DNA of 64,000 nucleotides from Bacteroidota bacterium (GCA_026416125.1 JAOAFT010000007.1:27468-91467), one strand, 5' to 3'. Counted from the first letter of the stretch, positions 29,181 through 39,575 are shown. Notes: a model not told the origin generated them from the sequence alone. Numbers and translations are program-made.

Positions 29181-30083
29181 ATGGCAATGTCGAAGACAAC
29201 GAAGTGGATTCTAGGTATTCTGAGTGCTTTCTTTCTTTGTACGGTGCTTCTCGTAACTTTTCTTGTAGTTTCAATTTTTGAAGAGGATGATGATGAATCA
29301 CTAGCAACAACTGGTAGTAAAGTTGCAATCGTTGAAGTTAAAGAAACCATCGTGTCACCAGAGGAGACGGTGCGACTGTTGAAAAAGTATCGCGAGCATT
29401 CGTCAGTAAAAGCGATCGTTTTACGTGTCGAATCACCAGGTGGTGGTGTGGCAGCGAGCCAAGAAATCTATGAAGAAGTAAAAAAAACACGATCTTTCAA
29501 GCCAGTCGTTGTTTCGATGGGCTCTATTGCAGCAAGTGGTGGGTACTACATTTCCTGTGGTGCTACTAAAATCGTAGCTAATCCTGGAACAATCACAGGT
29601 AGTATAGGTGTTATTATAAATTTTATTCACTTCAAAGAGTTGCTTGAGAAAATCGGCATCGATGAAACAACAATAAAGTCAGGAAAACTTAAGGATGCAG
29701 GATCACCATTTCGAAAGATGACAGAAGAAGAAAAGAAATTTTTTGGTGAGTTACTTACTGATGTGTATGAGCAATTTGTTGCAGTTGTAGTGGAAGAACG
29801 CAAATTGCCACGAGCCACTGTTCTAAAGTATGCTGATGGTCGTGTATTTACTGGCAAGCAAGCGTACGCCTATGGCTTTGTCGATACACTTGGTACTCTC
29901 GAAGATGCAATTACAATTGCAGCTGGTTTAGGTGGAATTGAAGGGAAACCAAAAGTTATTAAAGAACAAAAACGGAAATCGTTGCTCGAGCGACTCCTTG
30001 GTGATGCGACTTCGAGCTTCCAACACCTTAAAAGTGAAATTGTGTACCAACCAATTCTTCAGTATAAATTTATTGCTCCGTGA
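29181..30083 (+). CDS. sppA: Signal peptide peptidase SppA (short, 36K type)
   Basis: ESPGGGV, AASGGYY, TITGSIGV, KSGKLKD, DGRVFTG. Confidence 0.94.
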   Translation: MAMSKTTKWILGILSAFFLCTVLLVTFLVVSIFEEDDDESLATTGSKVAIVEVKETIVSPEETVRLLKKYREHSSVKAIVLRVESPGGGVAASQEIYEEVKKTRSFKPVVVSMGSIAASGGYYISCGATKIVANPGTITGSIGVIINFIHFKELLEKIGIDETTIKSGKLKDAGSPFRKMTEEEKKFFGELLTDVYEQFVAVVVEERKLPRATVLKYADGRVFTGKQAYAYGFVDTLGTLEDAITIAAGLGGIEGKPKVIKEQKRKSLLERLLGDATSSFQHLKSEIVYQPILQYKFIAP

Positions 30084-30099
30084 GTGAGAAGGAGGACCT

Positions 30100-30408
30100 G
30101 TGACAAAAGCAGACATTGTAGATGTTATTGCATCAGCAACTGGACTGACGAAAGTAGAGACTGAAGCAGTGGTCGATGGGTTTATTCAAACTGTTATTCA
30201 AGCAATGAAAGAGGGTAAGAACATTGAAATACGTGGATTTGGGAGTTTCAAGGTAAAGAAACGGAAAGGGCGCATAGCACGGAATCCTCGAACAGGTGAA
30301 CAAGTGAAAGTTGATGATCACTATGTACCATACTTCAAAGTTTCAAAGGAGATGAAGCAGGTTGTGAATGAGAGTATGAAGCGACTCAACGAGTCAAAAC
30401 AATTATAG
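30100..30408 (+). CDS. HU/IHF-family DNA-binding protein
   Basis: TKADIV, IEIRGFGSF, ARNPRTGE; AGGAGG RBS with GTG start. Confidence 0.95.
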   Translation: MTKADIVDVIASATGLTKVETEAVVDGFIQTVIQAMKEGKNIEIRGFGSFKVKKRKGRIARNPRTGEQVKVDDHYVPYFKVSKEMKQVVNESMKRLNESKQL

Positions 30409-30461
30409 TACTAGCGCTTGCTGAAGAATACAAATTCACTAACTGAAAGGAGACGAACACT

Positions 30462-30557
30462 ATGCCTTGTGGTCGGAAACGTAAACGGCACAAGATGGCG
30501 ACGCATAAGCGGAAAAAGCGATTACGGAAGATGCGTCATAAAAAGAAGATCCGTTAG
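30462..30557 (+). CDS. 30S ribosomal protein bS22 (AURKAIP1/COX24 domain), 31 aa, absent from the ORF track
   Basis: Translates to MPCGRKRKRHKMATHKRKKRLRKMRHKKKIR after AAAGGAGA. Confidence 0.9.
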   Translation: MPCGRKRKRHKMATHKRKKRLRKMRHKKKIR

Positions 30558-30661
30558 TGTGGGTAAGGGGTTGTTTCCTGCCTTCTGCACCTAACAGCGT
30601 GGTAACAGCCCCTCACGTCAAGTATTTTTCGAAACTATTAATTTTGTATATGGAGGTTATT

Positions 30662-30988
30662 ATGGCTGACGATAACAATGGAATGGCAAAGGGACTCATT
30701 ATTGGGTTTATAGCAGGAAGTATTGTTGGTGCAGCAATTGCATTACTCTATGCACCAAAATCTGGAAAAGAGCTTCGTGCTGATATACGCGAGAAAGCAA
30801 GTGATATTCTCGACGATGCTCGAGAATACACAGAGCGTGCAAAAGCTAAAGCGGTCGAAATTATCAACGAAGGGAAAGAAAAGGCAGCATCGCTCATTGA
30901 TGATGCTCGGCGACGTGCTAACGATATAATGGATGATGCTGAACGCATTTTAAAGGATGCGCGTAACAGAGAGGAAAAGAATGCTTAA
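30662..30988 (+). CDS. YtxH-domain protein
   Basis: GFIAGSIVGAAIALLYAPKSGKELRADI; GGAGG RBS before ATG 30662. Confidence 0.9.
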   Translation: MADDNNGMAKGLIIGFIAGSIVGAAIALLYAPKSGKELRADIREKASDILDDAREYTERAKAKAVEIINEGKEKAASLIDDARRRANDIMDDAERILKDARNREEKNA

Positions 30989-31030
30989 TTCACCTACTCG
31001 AACGCATACCACGACAAGAAAGGACAAACC

Positions 31031-31411
31031 GTGGACACATTAATCCAAGGAGCAACACTTGTTGCACTCACGTGTGTCTCTGCACTCTGTATATACCTTA
31101 TCGTTGTACTTAGGAAAATCAAAACGGTGTTGGAATTACTCCACACCGAACTTGCAGAGCTATCCCAACGACTTAAACCGTTGTTAGAGAATTTAACAAT
31201 AGCATCAGAGAAATTCCGTTCTGTAGCATCGAAAATCGACGACCAAGTAACTATGGTTCATGGTGTTTTTGTGTCGCTTCGTAAAATCGTAAACAACGTT
31301 CAACTTTTTGAAGAACGGATCTTAAATATACTTGAAGAACCGTTTCGAAGCGTTAGTTCTGTGTTCAGTACGATTTTGAAGTACCTAGGTTTCATATTCG
31401 GGAAGCGATAG
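31031..31411 (+). CDS. DUF948-like membrane-anchored coiled-coil protein
   Basis: N-terminal TM helix then heptad pattern; usual neighbour of ytxH; AAAGGA RBS. Confidence 0.7.
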   Translation: MDTLIQGATLVALTCVSALCIYLIVVLRKIKTVLELLHTELAELSQRLKPLLENLTIASEKFRSVASKIDDQVTMVHGVFVSLRKIVNNVQLFEERILNILEEPFRSVSSVFSTILKYLGFIFGKR

Positions 31412-31540
31412 CAATGTAGGTAGTAGGAGTTGAGTAAGTTCATCTTCGAACGGTGCTGCGTATCCATAATATATACACGCTGCAGGCATTTACTAGTATT
31501 TTCATTGTCTTATAAATTTTTTTGTTGAGGAGGAAAAGCC

Positions 31541-33649
31541 TTGTCTAAAACAATCGCAAAGGAATACACTGTCGATAAAATTCGCAACATTGCACTCATA
31601 GGTCATGGTGGTTCCGGAAAGACAACGATGACTGAATCAATGTTGTTTGTGTCAGGAACGATAACACGCATGGGACGTGTTGATGATGGTACTACAATTT
31701 CAGATTACCATCCTGATGAAATCGAGAGGAAAATATCAATCAACACCTCATTGCTGTTTACAGATTGGCATGGTGTGAAGATTAATATTCTCGACACCCC
31801 TGGATACACAGACTTTATTGGTGAGGTTATTGGTGCGCTTCGAGTTACCGATCTTGCTGTAATTCTTACGAAAGCTGTCGAAGGAGTTGAAGTTGGAACA
31901 GAAATAGTATGGGAGTACACTAAACAAAACGCTATTCCGGCACTATTTGTTGTAAATAGGCTAGATAATGAAAATGCAGAGTTCGATCGTGTTGTCTCAA
32001 TGGCAAAGGAACGATTTGGTCATGACGTTGTCGTTGCACAGTTCCCTGTGAATCAAGGGTTACCATTCGATACAGTGATTGATGTGGTTCGCATGAAGCT
32101 CTTGAAGTTTCAACGCGATGGGAGTGGAAGGTTCACTGAAACCGACATTCCCGATGAATTCAAAGAAAAAGCATCGCACCTCCATGAAGAGCTTATTGAA
32201 AAAGTTGCTGAAACAGATGAAGAGTTAATGAATAAATTTTTTGAAGTTGGAACGTTAGAAGGTAATGATTTAGAAGTTGGCTTACGGCGTGCTTTGTTGC
32301 AGCGAAAAATATTCCCAATGTTTTGTACTTCTGCAGTCCTCGGAATTGGTATTGCTCCACTCCTCCAATTTATAGCACATTACGGTCCTTCTCCAAAAGA
32401 TCGCGGTCCTGTTAAAGCAGTACGACCAGTAGACAAGTCGGATGTCCTGGTCGATATGGAAAAAGTCCAGGATCCATCTCTCTTTGTCTTTAAAACAGTT
32501 GCAGAGGAACATGTGGGCGAATTTTCGTTTTTTAGAGTATATAGTGGTGTAATTACTCCGGGGATCGATTTAGTCAACCAATCGAATGGAAAACCTGAAC
32601 GTCTTGGGCAGATTTTTGTTATGCGTGGGAAGGAACGAATTGAAGTGCCTAAATTGCATGCTGGTGATTTAGGTGCTGTTGTAAAATTGAAAGATACACA
32701 TACAAATAATACACTCAGCAATTCTGCCTTCCCTGTGCTTTACCCTGCAATTACCTTTCCAGAACCAGTCATCCGTATGGCAATTAAGTCAAAGGCTAAG
32801 GGAGATGAAGACAAGATTGCTAATGGCCTTCATGCGCTGCATGAAGAAGATCCGACTTTTGTAGTAACTGTCGATGGGAAGTTGAATCAAACACTCATCG
32901 CTGGGCAAGGCGAGTTACATCTCCTCATTGTTACAAAGCGTTTAAAAGAACGGTTTGGTGTTGACGTTGAATTAACGGAGCCAAAAATTCCATACAAAGA
33001 AGCGATTCGTGCAGTAGTCCCAGATGCTGAGTACAAGCACAAAAAGCAAACAGGTGGCCGAGGGCAGTATGGCCATGTCCATTTGAAATTGGAGCCATTA
33101 CCACGTGGCAAAGGATTTGAATTTGTTGATGCTATTGTTGGTGGTGTTGTTCCAGGACGATTTGTACCAGCAGTTGAGAAAGGTGTCCTCGAAGCAATGC
33201 AGAAAGGTGTCCTTGCTGGGTATGAGGTTGTTGATGTTCGCGTAACGCTCTTTGATGGTACGTATCACTCCGTTGATTCCGATGAGCACTCATTTAAAAT
33301 AGCTGGTTCGATGGCTTTTAAGAAAGGATTCATGGAAGGGAAACCGGTTTTGCTTGAACCAATTAATGAGGTCGAAGTAATCGTACCAGAAGAGTACATG
33401 GGGGATGTGATGGGTGACCTTTCGAGTCGTCGTGGGAAAATTCAAGGGATGGAAGCTGAAGGACACTTCCAAAAAATTAAAGCGCTCGTACCAATGTCAG
33501 AACTCCATAAGTATTCAACAGTCCTTCGTTCAATGACACAAGGACGCGGCTTCTATAGGACGAAATTTTCACACTACGATGAAATGCCAAAAGAACTTGC
33601 TGAAAAAGTAATTGAAGCTAGTGAGAAAGCGAAAGAAGAAGAAGAATAG
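31541..33649 (+). CDS. fusA: Elongation factor G paralogue (EF-G2 type)
   Basis: IRNIALIGHGGSGKTT, DTPGYTDF, GQGELHL, KKQTGGRGQYGHV, VDSDE; not in an rpsL-rpsG-tuf context; TTG start after GAGGAGG. Confidence 0.93.
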   Translation: MSKTIAKEYTVDKIRNIALIGHGGSGKTTMTESMLFVSGTITRMGRVDDGTTISDYHPDEIERKISINTSLLFTDWHGVKINILDTPGYTDFIGEVIGALRVTDLAVILTKAVEGVEVGTEIVWEYTKQNAIPALFVVNRLDNENAEFDRVVSMAKERFGHDVVVAQFPVNQGLPFDTVIDVVRMKLLKFQRDGSGRFTETDIPDEFKEKASHLHEELIEKVAETDEELMNKFFEVGTLEGNDLEVGLRRALLQRKIFPMFCTSAVLGIGIAPLLQFIAHYGPSPKDRGPVKAVRPVDKSDVLVDMEKVQDPSLFVFKTVAEEHVGEFSFFRVYSGVITPGIDLVNQSNGKPERLGQIFVMRGKERIEVPKLHAGDLGAVVKLKDTHTNNTLSNSAFPVLYPAITFPEPVIRMAIKSKAKGDEDKIANGLHALHEEDPTFVVTVDGKLNQTLIAGQGELHLLIVTKRLKERFGVDVELTEPKIPYKEAIRAVVPDAEYKHKKQTGGRGQYGHVHLKLEPLPRGKGFEFVDAIVGGVVPGRFVPAVEKGVLEAMQKGVLAGYEVVDVRVTLFDGTYHSVDSDEHSFKIAGSMAFKKGFMEGKPVLLEPINEVEVIVPEEYMGDVMGDLSSRRGKIQGMEAEGHFQKIKALVPMSELHKYSTVLRSMTQGRGFYRTKFSHYDEMPKELAEKVIEASEKAKEEEE

Positions 33650-33674
33650 TTTCGTCAAAGTATTTCAAGAAGAG

Positions 33675-33717
33675 AGGGACTGTGTAGTCGCTCCATGCGA
33701 CACATAGTCCTTTTTTT
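33675..33717 (+). terminator. Intrinsic terminator after fusA
   Basis: GGACTGTGT-a-GTCGC-tccat-GCGAC-ACATAGTCC followed by T7. Confidence 0.8.
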
Positions 33718-33730
33718 ATAGTAATTTTTT

Positions 33731-35046
33731 ATGAAGAAACGTTGGATAGTTACAGCAATTGTTGTTTACCAATGGACACATCTTAGTGCTCAGTGGACTT
33801 TTTCACTCACCGAAGCTCGGACAGACATTCAAGTACTCACATCACCAGAATATGGAGGACGTGGACACTATAAGAACGGTGCTCGTCGTGCAGCATCGTA
33901 TGTTGAACGTCGTTTTCAGGTGATTGGTCTTCAACCAGTGAATGGAACGTATATGCAAAAGTTCCCATTGAAGGTTAATAGGATTATTGGGAAGCCGTTC
34001 CTTGCTATAAATGGGAGAGAGTTTCGATTAGGCATAGATTTTTTACCACACTCCTTGACCTCGTCGGGGTTTTACTGTGGTTCTATCAAGGCATTCTATG
34101 TAAAGTCAGGATTGCTCATTTCTGAAAAGGGAATCAATGACTTTGCAACAGTTACTGAGCAACATTGTGCTTTGCTTATTGATGACGATATTCCAGAAGC
34201 GATACGTAATGATACAACGGTTGATGTACAACGTACGTTGCGTGAGGTAAGGATAGAAAATGCTAAGAAGAACATCCCTCGTGTTGTTCTAGTTCTTCAA
34301 AAGAATCTGCATATTACGTCACCGCATATTTCAATGGGAGTACCACTTTTCAGTGTCAGGAAAACTCAATTGCCACCAGTTGTTGACTCTCTTGTATTTC
34401 ACGTTGTTTCTCTATTCGATACTGTTGAATCTGTGAACATTGTTGGACTTGTTCGTGGCACTGTGTATCCCGATTCTTTCCTTATTCTCTGTGCTCACTA
34501 CGACCATCACAGTGGCTACAATGACTCGTTGTACTTTCCTGGTGCCAATGATAATGCAAGTGGTGTTGCACTTTTATTACAACTAGCAAGTACGTTTATT
34601 CATAAACCATTAGCTTACTCAGTACTCTTCATAGCGTTTGGAGGTGAAGAAGTAGGATTAGTAGGATCTCGATACTTTATTGAACACCCACTTGTACAAC
34701 TCTCGAATATTGTTTCCGTATTCAATTTTGATATGGTTGCATCGGGGGATTGTAGTATTGAGGTTGGGGGGGAAGAAGATTTCTCATGGGAATATGCATT
34801 TTTTAGTTCAGTAAACGCTTCCAGTGGAGTACAACTCAATGCAACAAAAACATCACTGGGAAGTAATCACTACCCATTTGTCCAGAATGGAATACGAGCA
34901 TTCTTTTTGATACAAAGAACGGTAAGCAACCATACCACACATTAGATGATAAACAGACAACGCTTGACTAGAAAGCGTTCGAAAATATGTATGTGGTCAT
35001 TACGAGGTACATGAAGAAGCGGTGGAATTTAGAAGGAAGACACTAA
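33731..35046 (+). pseudogene. M28-family peptidase disrupted near its 3' end
   Basis: AHYDH, GANDNASG, GEEVGLVGS, NFDMV present; the terminal PYHT.DD motif is in a shifted frame after 34909 and is followed by an in-frame TAG at 34969. Confidence 0.75.
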
Positions 35047-35048
35047 GA

Positions 35049-35399
35049 ATGAATACTATTTTTGTTCACAGTGAAAACCGAGAATGGGAATCACTCGGTA
35101 GTGGGTTACGAAGAAAAATTCTAGGATATGACGAACAATTGATGATGGTATGTGTTGAGTTTAGTACAGCAGGGGCCGTTGGTGCACTTCATAAGCATGT
35201 TCATCGTCAAGTAACATACGTTGCAGAGGGAGTATTTGAAGTTACAATTGGCATGGAAAAACAAGTGCTTAGAAAGGGAGATTCGTTTTTTGTTCCACCG
35301 AATGTTGAACACGGCGTTGTTGCATTGGAGGGAGGTATGTTAATTGATGTTTTTACTCCAGCACGTGAGGATTTTCTGAAATGCGAGAATATACGATGA
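35049..35399 (+). CDS. Cupin-domain protein (KdgF-like)
   Basis: RRKILGYDEQLMMV, HKHVHRQVTYV, HGVVALE, DVFTPAREDFL. Confidence 0.85.
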   Translation: MNTIFVHSENREWESLGSGLRRKILGYDEQLMMVCVEFSTAGAVGALHKHVHRQVTYVAEGVFEVTIGMEKQVLRKGDSFFVPPNVEHGVVALEGGMLIDVFTPAREDFLKCENIR

Positions 35400-36589
35400 G
35401 AGAAAACAAAAATCCTACACAGTTCTTAACAAGAACAATAGTTATTCTTTCAGCTGTGAGTTTGTTCACCGATGTTGCAAGCGAGATGCTCTATCCGGTA
35501 ATGCCGTTATACTTAACGAGTATTGGTTTTTCTGTAGCTTTCATTGGTGTACTTGAGGGAATAGCAGAAGCAACTGCTGGTATAAGTAAAGGATTCTTTG
35601 GATATCTTTCTGATCAACTCGGTACACGGAAACCTTTTGTTCAGGTAGGATATTCGTTGAGTGCTATAGCAAAGCCCATGATAGGACTGTGGACAGCACC
35701 TGTATGGATTTTTATTGCTCGTACACTTGAACGTTTGGGAAAAGGTATTCGGACGGGCGCTCGTGATGCTATGCTATCTGATGAATCGAAGTACGAAACT
35801 AAGGGTCGGGTTTTTGGATTCCATCGAGCCTTCGATACGCTAGGAGCAGCGTTGGGGCCGCTGATAGCGCTTTTTTATTTGTTGTACTATCCTATGGATT
35901 ATCGGATGTTGTTTTTTCTCGCTTTTATTCCTGGCCTCATTGCTAGTATTTTAACATTCTTTCTCCGTGAAGGTGCTTCGAAACCATTAACCAGAGGAAT
36001 GAATATCTCGTATAATCCTATTCGGTACCTTGCGTATTGGAAAGAAGCACCTACCATATACAAACGACTAGTAATTGCGTTGCTTGCGTTTGCAGTTGTC
36101 AATAGTTCCGATGTGTTTTTACTCTTGGCAATGAAACAGCAAAGGATGAACGATACAGCTATTATTGGTGTATATATATTTTACAACCTTATCTATGCTT
36201 TCACATCGTACCCATTTGGAGCATTAGCAGATAGAATCGGGTTGAAAACTACATTTCTTCTTGGTTTATTTTTCTTTGCCCTCGTTTATAGTGGTATGGC
36301 AATCGCAACTTCATGGCAGGGATTTATTTTTTTATTCTTTTTCTATGGTATGTATGCTGCTGCAACAGAAGGTATTTCAAGAGCTTGGATTTCGAATTCA
36401 GTTGAACCATACCACGTTGCTACTGCCATTGGGTTCTACACTTCATTACAAAGTATTTCGACACTTCTTGCAAGCTCCATTGCAGGGATTCTTTGGGTAA
36501 CTTTTGGACCAAAAATCGTTTTTATAAGTACAGCAATTGTTGTCTATATTATCATACTTTACATTATGATTGCAATAAACGAAAGGTAA
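35396..36589 (+). CDS. MFS transporter
   Basis: VSLFTDVASEM, GYLSDQLGTRKP, ERLGKGIR..RDA, GALADRIG; about 12 TM. Confidence 0.92.
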   Translation: MRENKNPTQFLTRTIVILSAVSLFTDVASEMLYPVMPLYLTSIGFSVAFIGVLEGIAEATAGISKGFFGYLSDQLGTRKPFVQVGYSLSAIAKPMIGLWTAPVWIFIARTLERLGKGIRTGARDAMLSDESKYETKGRVFGFHRAFDTLGAALGPLIALFYLLYYPMDYRMLFFLAFIPGLIASILTFFLREGASKPLTRGMNISYNPIRYLAYWKEAPTIYKRLVIALLAFAVVNSSDVFLLLAMKQQRMNDTAIIGVYIFYNLIYAFTSYPFGALADRIGLKTTFLLGLFFFALVYSGMAIATSWQGFIFLFFFYGMYAAATEGISRAWISNSVEPYHVATAIGFYTSLQSISTLLASSIAGILWVTFGPKIVFISTAIVVYIIILYIMIAINER

Positions 36590-36599
36590 TAAAAAAAAG

Positions 36600-37805
36600 A
36601 TGAAAAACTGTATAAAAGTATTTTTGTATGTAGCTCTCAGCATAGTATCGACACTAGTAGCTATTCCACAGGTACTTGGACCTCAGTCTTATAAACTCGA
36701 TACACTTGCAGTAGGATTAAAGCAACCAGAAGGTCCACTCTGGGTTGAGGGAGTAGGACTGCTTTTTAGTGACATTATGGCGAATAAGATTTATTTGTGG
36801 TCGCCAAATACACAATCTATCACGGTGTTTCTTGCACCATCAGATAGTTCAAATGGATTAACACTCGACCGTGAACGTCGTTTAGTACTAACTCAGATGG
36901 CAAAGCGACGGGTAGTTCGTCGTGAACATGATGGAACTCTTGTTCCACTTGCTGAAACATTCCGTGGGAAAAAATTCAACAGTCCCAATGATCTTGTTGT
37001 AAAGTCGGATGGTTCGGTATTCTTTACTGATCCAGATTTCAATGTACCTTTTGGTCAGCAAAAGGAATTGACTTTTAAAGGTATTTATAGAATTAGTACA
37101 TCGGGACATATAACACTCCTTGATAGTACTTTCGACAAACCAAATGGTATTTGTTTTTCCCCTGATGAACGCAGATTGTATGTTAATGAATCTGCTCAAC
37201 GGAAAATATATGTATGGGATGTAGTAAATGATTCTGTCATTACAAATAAACGCTTGTTTTATACAATACCACAAAGTGGATACGCTGATGGTATGAAAAC
37301 TGATTCATTTGGGAATCTCTACTGTACAGGACCAGGTGGTGTTTGGATTCTCTCGCCTGAGGGTACGGTACTGGGGAAAATATCAACACCTCTAAATCCG
37401 TCGAATTGTACATGGGGCGATGTTGATCGTAAAACGCTTTTTATCACTGCAGGTTATGGTCAAGGTGTTCTGTATCGAGTTCGTGTACAATCAACTTCTA
37501 ATGTCGACAGAAATGCATTGCAACCTGAAATCATGGAACTTTTCCAGAACTATCCTAATCCTTGCAATCCATCGACTACAATCATGTATCGACTGAATCA
37601 AGAAAGCATCGTAACACTTGATATCTTTGATAGTAATGGTCGATCTCTCACAACGCTGATCCGTAGATGTCTCCAGGGAAGAGGGGTTCATACTGTACCA
37701 TTCAACACTCAACAATACGCAAGTGGAGTATATTACTATCGATTAAGTGTGAATGTCGGGACGATGGCTTTAACACAAACTCGTTCCTTTGTTGTTGTCA
37801 AGTAG
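36600..37805 (+). CDS. SMP-30/gluconolactonase-family protein with T9SS type A sorting domain
   Basis: PEGPLW, SNGLT, NSPNDL, FTDP, PNGICFSPDE, DGMKTD; C-terminal NYPNPCNPSTTI...SGVYYYRL. Confidence 0.9.
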   Translation: MKNCIKVFLYVALSIVSTLVAIPQVLGPQSYKLDTLAVGLKQPEGPLWVEGVGLLFSDIMANKIYLWSPNTQSITVFLAPSDSSNGLTLDRERRLVLTQMAKRRVVRREHDGTLVPLAETFRGKKFNSPNDLVVKSDGSVFFTDPDFNVPFGQQKELTFKGIYRISTSGHITLLDSTFDKPNGICFSPDERRLYVNESAQRKIYVWDVVNDSVITNKRLFYTIPQSGYADGMKTDSFGNLYCTGPGGVWILSPEGTVLGKISTPLNPSNCTWGDVDRKTLFITAGYGQGVLYRVRVQSTSNVDRNALQPEIMELFQNYPNPCNPSTTIMYRLNQESIVTLDIFDSNGRSLTTLIRRCLQGRGVHTVPFNTQQYASGVYYYRLSVNVGTMALTQTRSFVVVK

Positions 37806-37905
37806 GAATCCATAGGCTCACAGCTCTCTGCATCCTAATGGAAAGAGTGAAAAAAACGTTGTACTTTAAAGTATAATATTAAATTTTCTGAAAGGAACGG
37901 ATTCT

Positions 37906-39534
37906 ATGGGGTTACAACTGCAACAATTAAAGAATTTTTCACCACGGAAAGGCCCGTTACTCCTTATCATTATGGATGGAATTGGGTTTGGAAAACCATA
38001 CGAAGGAAATGCTGTCTATAAAGCGAAAACACCAACGTTAGATACATTGTTTCAAGCGAAACTCTTTACCACTCTGCAAGCACATGGTACAGCTGTAGGG
38101 TTACCTTCAGACGATGATATGGGCAATAGCGAAGTTGGCCACAATGCACTGGGTGCAGGTCGCGTTTTTGCTCAGGGTGCAAAACGAGTGAACCAAGCAA
38201 TTGCTGATGGCAGTATTTTTACCACACAGATATGGAAAGAATTGGTAGGGAATGTTCTTAAAAACAATGCTACAATTCACTTTATTGGGTTACTCTCAGA
38301 TGGAAATGTTCATTCGCACATTGAACATTTAATCGCGTTACTCCATCAGTCAGTACGAGAAGGCATTACAAAAGCTCGTGTTCATGCCCTTCTCGATGGG
38401 CGGGATGTTCCAGAAAAATCTGCCCTCACTTATATCGATCGAATTGAAAAGGTCCTTGCCGAACTCTCGCAATCGTATGGGGTTGATTATTGCATTGCTT
38501 CCGGTGGGGGAAGAATGGTTACAACAATGGATCGGTACTTTGCTGATTGGTCCATTGTCAAACGTGGGTGGGATGCACACGTGTTAGGGAAAGGTCGCCT
38601 TTTCACTTCAGCACGCGAAGCAGTTGAAACGTACTATGCCGAGAATCCCAAAATCACAGACCAATACCTTCCTTCTTTTGTTATTGCACGAAATGGTGTA
38701 CCCTGTGGTACGATTGAAGATGGTGACAGTGTCGTGTTTTACAACTTCAGAGGCGATCGAGCTATTGAGTTGACAATGGCATTTGAGCTTGACAACTTTA
38801 CAGGGTTTGATCGTGAACGTCGGCCAAAAGTTGTGTATGCAGGAATGATGCAATACGATGGCGATCTTCTACTTCCGACAAAATTTTTAGTACAACCTCC
38901 GGCTATCGATCGTACAGTGAGTGAGTATCTCTGTGCTGCTGGTGTTCGGTCGTTTGCAATCTCGGAAACACAAAAGTATGGACACGTTACGTATTTTTGG
39001 AATGGAAACCGTTCAGGGTACATCGATGAGTCGTTGGAAACGTATGTCGAAATACCATCTGATAAAATTCAGTTTGACAAAGCTCCCAAGATGAAAGCAT
39101 ATGAAATTACCGAGAAGACAATTGAACTCCTCCGTAGCGGTAAGTATCAGTGGGGACGATTAAATTTTGCAAATGGCGATATGGTAGGCCATACGGGAGT
39201 GATGGAAGCTGCAATTGAAGCTGTCGAAACAGTTGATGCGTGTGTAGCGCGGTTACTCGAAGAAGTGAAAAAACTAAAGGGTATCGCTATTGTAACAGCT
39301 GACCACGGCAATGCCGATGAAATGTTTATTGAGAAAAATGGCAAACGCGAAGTAAAAACATCGCACACACTCAATCCGGTGCCATTTACCATCGTTGATT
39401 ATCAATATAACAACGAATATAGAATCAGAGCCCTAGACAAACGAGGGCTTTCAAACGTTGCAGCAACACTCCTCAATCTTCTCGGTTTTGAAAAACCCGA
39501 AGAGTACGATCCTTCGCTCATTGAATTTATGTAA
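37906..39534 (+). CDS. gpmI: 2,3-bisphosphoglycerate-independent phosphoglycerate mutase
   Basis: IMDGIG, MGNSEVGH, SDGNVHSH, DGRD, NFRGDRA, ETQKYGHVT, DMVGHTG, TADHGN. Confidence 0.97.
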   Translation: MGLQLQQLKNFSPRKGPLLLIIMDGIGFGKPYEGNAVYKAKTPTLDTLFQAKLFTTLQAHGTAVGLPSDDDMGNSEVGHNALGAGRVFAQGAKRVNQAIADGSIFTTQIWKELVGNVLKNNATIHFIGLLSDGNVHSHIEHLIALLHQSVREGITKARVHALLDGRDVPEKSALTYIDRIEKVLAELSQSYGVDYCIASGGGRMVTTMDRYFADWSIVKRGWDAHVLGKGRLFTSAREAVETYYAENPKITDQYLPSFVIARNGVPCGTIEDGDSVVFYNFRGDRAIELTMAFELDNFTGFDRERRPKVVYAGMMQYDGDLLLPTKFLVQPPAIDRTVSEYLCAAGVRSFAISETQKYGHVTYFWNGNRSGYIDESLETYVEIPSDKIQFDKAPKMKAYEITEKTIELLRSGKYQWGRLNFANGDMVGHTGVMEAAIEAVETVDACVARLLEEVKKLKGIAIVTADHGNADEMFIEKNGKREVKTSHTLNPVPFTIVDYQYNNEYRIRALDKRGLSNVAATLLNLLGFEKPEEYDPSLIEFM

Positions 39535-39540
39535 TCAATC

Positions 39541-39575
39541 CTGTGGGTATGTGATTATAATGCACATACCCACAG
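39541..39575. repeat. Perfect 13-bp inverted repeat downstream of gpmI
   Basis: CTGTGGGTATGTG-ATTATAATG-CACATACCCACAG; no T tract. Confidence 0.75.

Noticed and set aside
34969-34971. In-frame TAG as evidence of stop-codon recoding
   Set aside because: TAG ends many intact genes here (8690, 25155, 28014, 33649) and the same gene also has a frameshift
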